Assembly (NCBI RefSeq): GCF_000010625.1
Contig: NC_010296.1
Location: 3,330,001-3,362,000 of the forward strand
DNA length: 32,000 nt
Origin: Microcystis aeruginosa NIES-843
Lineage (GTDB): Bacteria; Cyanobacteriota; Cyanobacteriia; Cyanobacteriales; Microcystaceae
Reading direction: 5' to 3'
Position numbers and translations under genes: made by a program. The notes beneath the pieces were generated by a model. It was not told the DNA's origin. It worked only from the letters and a program-made list of their open reading frames with translations, and searched no databases. Below are positions 1 through 5,585 of the stretch, one piece after another; the stretch's first letter is position 1; each line of letters begins with the position of its first letter.

Positions 1-337
1 TCCCTACTATGTGGTTTTCAGTCGCTATACTAACCAACTTCAGGCGTTTGAACTGATAGGTGGTTATTACCAACCCGTGACTTTAGTGGAGGGACGCTTA
101 CCGATTCCTCAACTAGAATTGAGCTTAGGTTTGTGGCAAGGTTCCTATCGGGGAATTGAGCGGCTATGGTTACGCTGGTTGACGCTGGGGGGAGAGTTGA
201 TTCCCCTGGCCGATGAGGAGTTAATTGCGGCCAAACAAGAGGCTTTTGCGGCTAAACAAGAGGCTTCTGCGGCTAAACAACGAGCAGAACAACTAGCGGC
301 ACGATTGCGGGAATTAGGGATAGATCCTCAAACCTGA
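1..337 (+). CDS. Uma2-family (DUF820-like) endonuclease, C-terminal part; 5' end lies outside the window
   Basis: The ORF is open to the window edge. The Ala/Gln/Lys-rich coiled tail ends in AEQLAARLRELGIDP, which I recognise as the typical C-terminus of cyanobacterial Uma2/DUF820 proteins. Confidence 0.55.
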   Translation, partial: PYYVVFSRYTNQLQAFELIGGYYQPVTLVEGRLPIPQLELSLGLWQGSYRGIERLWLRWLTLGGELIPLADEELIAAKQEAFAAKQEASAAKQRAEQLAARLRELGIDPQT

Positions 338-352
338 AGGCTCAAAAACCCC

Positions 353-390
353 CCAAAAAAAGAGAGAGGAAACCCGCGCCTCCTCTCTCT
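353..390 (-). terminator. Intrinsic terminator: perfect 10-bp hairpin plus U-run on the minus strand
   Basis: agagagagga (361-370) pairs perfectly with tcctctctct (381-390) across a 10-nt loop. On the minus strand a T7 run follows (complement of 354-360). It sits just after the stop codon of the PEP-CTERM remnant, and a weaker homologous hairpin follows the intact PEP-CTERM gene at 15802-15825. Confidence 0.55.
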
Positions 391-396
391 GGGACA

Positions 397-534
397 TTAT
401 TTTCTCGCTTTGCGGACAGTACCCCCTAGTAGCATTAAACCGCCCAGTGTGATATAACCAAGAACACCCGTAGGTTCGGGGACACCCACAGCAGCAGAAG
501 CGACGGTCAACAAATGCCGAGAGATTTTTTGAGA
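397..534 (-). pseudogene. Remnant of a PEP-CTERM protein gene (C-terminal sorting domain only)
   Basis: The minus-strand frame reads SQKISRHLLTVASAAVGVPEPTGVLGYITLGGLMLLGGTVRKARK*, giving the PEP motif, a hydrophobic helix and a basic tail. It is nearly identical in design to the C-terminus of the 15026-15790 protein. An in-frame TAA lies immediately upstream and there is no ATG. Confidence 0.55.
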
Positions 535-609
535 TTATTCATACATTGAATAATTGGCTCTACGAATAAAGTTAAGTAGTCGTGCAAAATTAATTTCCTA
601 GTGAAGATA

Positions 610-639
610 GGCAAGAGGCAAGAGGCAAGAGGCAAGAGG
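610..639. repeat. Heptamer microsatellite (GGCAAGA) x4
   Basis: Direct reading gives ggcaagaggcaagaggcaagaggcaagagg. Confidence 0.9.
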
Positions 640-766
640 TGGTTAGATATGTGTAATTAATTTTGCTTAGGTACTTATGTGTAGATTTTAGAAGCAATTT
701 GATTGAAGTCAACATAAAACTAGAGGATTTTACTCTATCATTAACTTATTTTAATTTTCGATGTAC

Positions 767-1008
767 CTAGGATTTGCTGAATAAATCTAACAACCTTGTT
801 GGATAAGGTTTTTAGACTTTTTTTCCCTCAAAAAGTGCCGACCATTGGAGTGATTGGGGGGAAAATTCCGGGACTTTTTCCCTGAAAATTAGGTAATTGA
901 CCACCTGAAAATCGGTAAAACCCCACACCCCACCTGCCCCCCCGATGTCGGGGGGGTTGGGGGGGCCACACCCTACCCCCACGAAAAACTTTTTGCCGCA
1001 AACCCTAC
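767..1008 (+). mobile_element. MITE-like dispersed element, copy A (inverted copy at 28127-28351)
   Basis: About 170 bp align by eye to the reverse complement of 28127-28351 (ctagg(a/g)tttgctgaataaatcta...ttgttggataag...ccctgaaaattaggtaattgacc...aaaatcggtaaaaccccacacc). The ends are imperfect inverted repeats (ctaggatttgctgaa ... gcaaaccctac). It has an internal CCCCACA-type heptamer array. Copy A also carries an extra G/C hairpin at 937-956. Confidence 0.6.
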
Positions 1009-1100
1009 CTACACCCTACTAGACTACTGGTCTGTCAAAGTTGGAAATTGATGGATACAATTTAGTTAATTTGATCCGAGCATCGACCGTAATAAAATCT

Positions 1101-2384
1101 ATGGAATTTATCGCTGTTTTACTGGGAGTTTTCGGTTTAGGCACAGGTGCGGGTTTATTAGTCATCCGTAACTATTACCATATCTGTCAACCGAGCGAAG
1201 TCTTAATTTTTGCCGGCAGTCGTCGTCCCACGGCCACGGGCAAAACCATCGGTTATCGTTTGGTAAAAGGGGGCAGCAGTATTCGTTTACCTATGCTAGA
1301 ACAAGTGTATCGAATGGACCTGACCAACATGATCATCGATCTCAGGGTGGTTAATGCCTATTCTAAGGGCGGTGTGCCGTTGATCGTCACCGGGGTGGCG
1401 AATATTAAAATTGCCGGGGAAGAACCGATTATTTATAATGCGATCGAGCGTTTATTGGGCAAGAAACGCAAGGAAATCGAACAATTGGCTAAAGAAACCC
1501 TAGAGGGCAATTTGCGCGGTGTCTTGGCCAATTTAACCCCAGAACAAGCGAACTCCGATCAGATCGCTTTCGCTAAAAGTCTCCTGGAAGAAGCGGAACA
1601 GGATCTAGAAAAATTGGGTTTAGTTTTGGATAGTTTGCAGATCCAGAATATCTCCGATGAGGTGCGTTATCTCGATTCGATCGGACGGAAGCAAAAAGCC
1701 GAATTACAGAGAGATGCCCGGATAGCAGAAGCAAAAGCCCGAAAAACATCGATTATCAAGGATTCCGAGAATCTACGCCTAACCGCTTTGCGTCGTATCC
1801 AAAAAGATTTAGAAATAGCCAAAGCTGACGCAGAAAAACGGGTGCGCGACACTCAAACTAAGCGTGGCGCCATGATTGCTGAGGTAGAATCGGTGGTTAT
1901 GTCGGATTTAGCTAAAGTACAGGCCGAAGTGGCGGTACAAAACGCCCGAATTAAGCAGGTGAAACAGCAATTACAAGCAGATGTGATCGCCCCTGCGGCA
2001 GCGGAATGTCAACAAGCGATCGCAAAAGCCCGGGGGGAAGCGGCCAAAATTATCGAACAGGGGAAAGCGCAAGCGGAAGGAACCAAAAAACTGGCGGCAT
2101 CTTGGCAAGGAGCGGGAAATAACGCTAAAAACATCTTTTTATACCAAAAATTGGAGTTATTGCTGAAATTAATGGTCGCTAGTGTCCCAGAAGTGCAGGT
2201 GCAAACGGTGACGGTAGTGGACGGAGGTGATGGTAATCTTGTCCCGAAAATGACTGCCTTTGCTGAACAATTGCGTCAAGCTACCGGGGTGGATCTGGTA
2301 CAAATGGCTAATCGCCTAGCACAAACCGAGCCATCTGTCAAGGGAAAAGAGACAAATTTTGATTTTAAACAATTGCCCTCCTGA
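1101..2384 (+). CDS. Flotillin / SPFH (band 7) family membrane protein
   Basis: It has an N-terminal TM helix, an SPFH-like core, and then a long Ala/Glu/Lys/Gln-rich coiled coil typical of bacterial flotillins. I prefer the ATG at 1101 over the TTG at 1041 in the same frame. Confidence 0.8.
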   Translation: MEFIAVLLGVFGLGTGAGLLVIRNYYHICQPSEVLIFAGSRRPTATGKTIGYRLVKGGSSIRLPMLEQVYRMDLTNMIIDLRVVNAYSKGGVPLIVTGVANIKIAGEEPIIYNAIERLLGKKRKEIEQLAKETLEGNLRGVLANLTPEQANSDQIAFAKSLLEEAEQDLEKLGLVLDSLQIQNISDEVRYLDSIGRKQKAELQRDARIAEAKARKTSIIKDSENLRLTALRRIQKDLEIAKADAEKRVRDTQTKRGAMIAEVESVVMSDLAKVQAEVAVQNARIKQVKQQLQADVIAPAAAECQQAIAKARGEAAKIIEQGKAQAEGTKKLAASWQGAGNNAKNIFLYQKLELLLKLMVASVPEVQVQTVTVVDGGDGNLVPKMTAFAEQLRQATGVDLVQMANRLAQTEPSVKGKETNFDFKQLPS

Positions 2385-2386
2385 AT

Positions 2387-2492
2387 CAGTTATCAGTTAT
2401 CAGGAGACAGGATACAGGATACAGGAGACAGGATACAGGATACAGGAGTCAGGAGTCAGGACACAGGATACAGGATACAGGAGTCAGGAGTC
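2387..2492. repeat. Heptamer microsatellite block (CAGTTAT, CAGGAGA, CAGGATA, CAGGAGT variants; about 15 units)
   Basis: Read directly. It starts 2 nt after the flotillin stop codon (2382-2384). Confidence 0.9.
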
Positions 2493-2514
2493 AATAGATT
2501 ACTTTATTTATTCT

Positions 2515-2650
2515 CCCCATCACCCCATCACCCCATCACCCCATCACCCCATCTCCCCCATCTCCCCCATCACCCCATCACCCCATCACCCCATCACCCC
2601 ATCACCCCATCACCCCACACCCCACACCCCACACCCCACACCCCACACAC
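2515..2650. repeat. C-rich microsatellite: 12 CCCCATCA-type octamer units, then 5 x CCCCACA heptamers (2613-2647)
   Basis: Read directly. The spurious ORF 2359-2688 (PHHPITPS repeats) is just this array translated. Confidence 0.9.
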
Positions 2651-2717
2651 CTTTAGCTAATAGCTGCAAACCAGAGATTGTCCACTAGAATGTTAATCAA
2701 GTTTGGAGACCACCGCC

Positions 2718-3095
2718 ATGGATGACTTAATTAATGCTCCCTCCCCTTCTCCCCAAGACCTAGAAATGACGCGGACTCCCCCCTGGGGAACGGTGACGGT
2801 ATTGGAGGAAGGTCCGCGGTATCGCATCAATCGCATTGTCATTAAACCCGGCCATCAGATGAGTACCCAAATGCACTACCATCGCAGTGAACACTGGATT
2901 GTCGTCTCCGGTACAGCGCGGGTAATTTGTGATGAAAAAGAAACTCTCCTCAAACAAAAAGAATCTACATACGTTCCCATGAATACCCGTCATCGGGTGG
3001 AAAACCCCGGTTCTATTCCTCTGGTGATGATCGAGGTGCAAAATGGCGAATATTTAGGAGATGATGATATTCACCGTTTTGATGATCGAGAATAG
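2718..3095 (+). CDS. Cupin-domain protein (mannose-6-phosphate isomerase type II C-terminal cupin-like)
   Basis: It shows the cupin motifs HYHRSEHWIVVSGTARV and H..ENPG..PLVMIEVQ.GEYLGEDDI. The ATG at 2718 lies in the same frame as the TTG at 2703. Confidence 0.8.
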   Translation: MDDLINAPSPSPQDLEMTRTPPWGTVTVLEEGPRYRINRIVIKPGHQMSTQMHYHRSEHWIVVSGTARVICDEKETLLKQKESTYVPMNTRHRVENPGSIPLVMIEVQNGEYLGDDDIHRFDDRE

Positions 3096-3143
3096 GACAG
3101 TTTTCTCCCGTATATACTGTAGTTATTTGCCAAAATCTCGATC

Positions 3144-3695
3144 GTGGATGAAAAAATTATCCTAGTTACAGGGGCTGCCCGTTCTGGGAAAAGTGAATGG
3201 GCCGAATATTTAGCCAAAATCAGCCAAAAACCCGTTATTTATATCGCCACCTCCTCGGTGGATGAAAAAGATCAAGAATGGTGCGATCGCATTGAAAGAC
3301 ACCGGCAGCGACGTTTACCCCAATGGCAAACCCAAGAAATTCCCCGACAATTAAGCGAAACTATTGATAATAGCCCATTTACTCACTGTTTATTGATCGA
3401 TTCCCTCGGTACTTGGGTAGCCAATTGTTTAGAAATGTCGGCAGCTGAATGGTTAGAAATTAGCGATCGATTCTTGTATTCCCTCAAAAACGCGGCCGTT
3501 GATGTTATTCTGGTAGCGGAAGAAACCGGTTGGGGTGTGGTTCCCGCTTATCCCCTCGGTCGTCTGTTTCGCGATCGTTTAGGCGATCTCTGTCGTAGAA
3601 TTGGCACAATAGCAGACGCGGTTTATCTAGTTACCGGCGGCCATGCTCTTAATTTAAGTCAATTGGGTCAGTCTTTGTCGATAATTGGGCAATAG
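3144..3695 (+). CDS. cobU: Bifunctional adenosylcobinamide kinase / adenosylcobinamide-phosphate guanylyltransferase
   Basis: It has the N-terminal P-loop ILVTGAARSGKSEWAE, a length of about 183 aa, and the overall CobU/CobP pattern. The start codon is GTG. Confidence 0.8.
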   Translation: MDEKIILVTGAARSGKSEWAEYLAKISQKPVIYIATSSVDEKDQEWCDRIERHRQRRLPQWQTQEIPRQLSETIDNSPFTHCLLIDSLGTWVANCLEMSAAEWLEISDRFLYSLKNAAVDVILVAEETGWGVVPAYPLGRLFRDRLGDLCRRIGTIADAVYLVTGGHALNLSQLGQSLSIIGQ

Positions 3696-3700
3696 AGAAG

Positions 3701-4495
3701 ATGAGCAACGATTATCAGCGTCAAGTAATTGATTTTTATGCCCTTCGTCACGATTACGATAACGATTTTACGCAAGCTCGCGCCCTTAAATTAGTAAATT
3801 ATCTCTATTTACAAAAAAGCCAATCTGTGCTAGACGTGGCAACGGGAACGGGATTTATAGCGGTCGCAATTGCCCCAAAAGTGAAAAGTGTCATCGGGGT
3901 TGATTTCACGCCGGAAATGATTGCCAGAGCCGAAAAAAAGCTAGAAGCATTAAATATCGAGAATATTGACCTAATTAACGCCGATATAGCTGCTATTGAC
4001 TTTGCCGAGTCTAGTTTCGATCTGATCACCTGTTCTCTGGCGATCGCACTTTTCCCCGATATCCCGCAAGTGCTGGCAAAATGGTATCAATGGTTAAAAA
4101 AAGGCGGTTCGATCGCTTTTTCCTGTAATAATTTAGAATCCCACTTCCTACCCTTGATCAGTGGTGTTTGTCGCGAAACCTATGGTTTTGAGTTGCCTAA
4201 TCTGCACACTCCCATCGCCACCCCAGAAAAATGCCATCAATTGCTGGAAAATGCGGGATTTACCAATATATCGGTCAATGTCGAACAACTAGGTCGATAT
4301 TTGCCCCTAGAAACCGCCAAAAACTTCTGGTATGGGCAGTATTTTTATCCTCAGCATAACCCTTTCGACCGCCTATCGGCTGCCGAAATTGCGACTCTAG
4401 TGAACAATTATCGCCGAGAAATCGAGAAAAATGCCACCGATCAGGGAGTATGGCAAGATGCAACCACTTTTTTTGTTACTGCTAGTAAAAGTTAG
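3701..4495 (+). CDS. Class I SAM-dependent methyltransferase
   Basis: Motif I is VLDVATGTGFIAV. An acidic residue lies after beta-2 (GVDFTPEM), and motif IV-like is DLITCSLAI. Confidence 0.8.
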   Translation: MSNDYQRQVIDFYALRHDYDNDFTQARALKLVNYLYLQKSQSVLDVATGTGFIAVAIAPKVKSVIGVDFTPEMIARAEKKLEALNIENIDLINADIAAIDFAESSFDLITCSLAIALFPDIPQVLAKWYQWLKKGGSIAFSCNNLESHFLPLISGVCRETYGFELPNLHTPIATPEKCHQLLENAGFTNISVNVEQLGRYLPLETAKNFWYGQYFYPQHNPFDRLSAAEIATLVNNYRREIEKNATDQGVWQDATTFFVTASKS

Positions 4496-4504
4496 AAAAA
4501 GATC

Positions 4505-5095
4505 ATGAGTCAAGTTAAAACCATCTCCGGACGAGCTTTACCCTTGCGAGGCAACGATATTGACACCGATCGCATTATTCCGGCTCGTTTTTTGCGTTGT
4601 ATCACCTTTGAAGGTTTAGGCGAACAAGTGTTCGCTGATGATCGAGCGGCTTTACAGGGGAGTCATCCTTTTGATCTACCCCAGTACCAAGGGGCGAAAA
4701 TTTTGGTAGTCAATGGTAATTTTGGTTGTGGCTCTTCTCGGGAACACGCACCGCAAGCGATTTTACGTTGGGGAATACAAGCAATTATCGGGGAAAGTTT
4801 CGCCGAAATATTTTTTGGCAATTGTATCGCTAATGGGGTTCCCTGTGTCACTGCCGAGGCAAAAACCATCACCCATTTACAGGATTTAATTACAGCTAAT
4901 CCCGAAATTCCCGTCGATCTTTCCTTGACAACCATGACAGTGGAATGGGGGGATTTTGTCGCTACCGTCTCTATGAATGAAGGTTCCCGACAGATGTTAA
5001 TAGAAGGGGGTTGGGATACCTGCGGGCAGCTGTTACAAAATCTCGATCTGATTCAATCTACCGCGCAAAAGTTACCCTATTTAAGTTTCGTCTAG
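4505..5095 (+). CDS. leuD: 3-isopropylmalate dehydratase small subunit
   Basis: [17 protein letters not shown] and [15 protein letters not shown] are hallmark LeuD/aconitase swivel-domain motifs. Confidence 0.9.
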   Translation: MSQVKTISGRALPLRGNDIDTDRIIPARFLRCITFEGLGEQVFADDRAALQGSHPFDLPQYQGAKILVVNGNFGCGSSREHAPQAILRWGIQAIIGESFAEIFFGNCIANGVPCVTAEAKTITHLQDLITANPEIPVDLSLTTMTVEWGDFVATVSMNEGSRQMLIEGGWDTCGQLLQNLDLIQSTAQKLPYLSFV

Positions 5096-5196
5096 GAAAA
5101 CAATCTAGGCTGAGGGTGCGTTAGTAATAGATTAACTTACCCCGGCAAGGATTTTGTTTGAGATGCAGCGGCTGTAAATATTAAAAAATCTGCCCT

Positions 5197-5373
5197 ATGA
5201 TTAATCCTGATAATAATCTCCAAAATATCCAAGAACCGATTTTAAACGCTCCCGAAGATGTGCGAAAAATCATCGATCGAGTTTTAAAATTGGAAAGAGA
5301 TAAGTTATACCAGCGCAATCCTCGCAATATCAATGATGATGTTTTAACGATTATTAAAGAAGTAATCCAATAA
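5197..5373 (+). CDS. Candidate small ORF (58 aa), below the ORF-track cutoff
   Basis: ATG at 5197 to TAA at 5371-5373 encodes MINPDNNLQNIQEPILNAPEDVRKIIDRVLKLERDKLYQRNPRNINDDVLTIIKEVIQ. The composition is non-repetitive, helical and charged. It is co-oriented with the DndD-like ATPase gene and upstream of it. I recognise no homology. Confidence 0.35.
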   Translation: MINPDNNLQNIQEPILNAPEDVRKIIDRVLKLERDKLYQRNPRNINDDVLTIIKEVIQ

Positions 5374-5388
5374 TTAGCTTTTAGCTAT

Positions 5389-5456
5389 CAGGAGTCAGGA
5401 GATAGGGTGATAGGGTTTTGGGGTGATAGGGTGATAGGGATTTAGGGGTTTAGGGA
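5389..5456. repeat. G-rich microsatellite block (CAGGAGT, GATAGGGT and TTTAGGG-type units)
   Basis: Direct reading gives caggagtcaggagatagggtgatagggttttggggtgatagggtgatagggatttaggggtttaggg. Confidence 0.85.
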
Positions 5457-5506
5457 AATTTCCTCCAAATGCTCCACTTCCCCCCGCAACGCGCACGAAG
5501 TGGTCT

Positions 5507-5574
5507 CCCCACCTCCCCACTTCCCCACCTCCCCACTTCCCCACCTCCCCACCTCCCCACCTCCCCACTTCCCC
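5507..5574. repeat. C-rich octamer microsatellite (CCCCACCT/CCCCACTT, about 8 units)
   Basis: Read directly. It ends 11 nt before the ATG at 5586. It generates the spurious N-terminal extension of ORF 5469 and the antisense ORF 5395-5712. Confidence 0.9.
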
Positions 5575-5585
5575 TCTATATAAAT

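Noticed and set aside
1667-1852. Numerous 60-100-aa ORFs antisense to or out of frame within confident genes. Examples are 1667-1852, 2760-3041, 3805-4029, 4663-4935, 14617-14805, 15529-15777, 17083-17280, 18066-18344, 19047-19298, 23088-23789, 24417-25658, 28352-28558, 29323-29523, 30601-30936 and 31427-31690.
   Set aside because: Each is fully embedded in a longer ORF that has clear family motifs. Their compositions (Arg/Ser/Pro-rich, low complexity) are typical of shadow ORFs.
2387-2650. The microsatellite arrays considered as CRISPR arrays.
   Set aside because: The units are 7-8 nt and contiguous, with no unique spacers, and no cas genes are present.
2359-2688. A 109-aa ORF with PHHPITPS repeats.
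   Set aside because: It is simply the translated heptamer/octamer microsatellite, has no independent coding signal, and overlaps the flotillin stop region.
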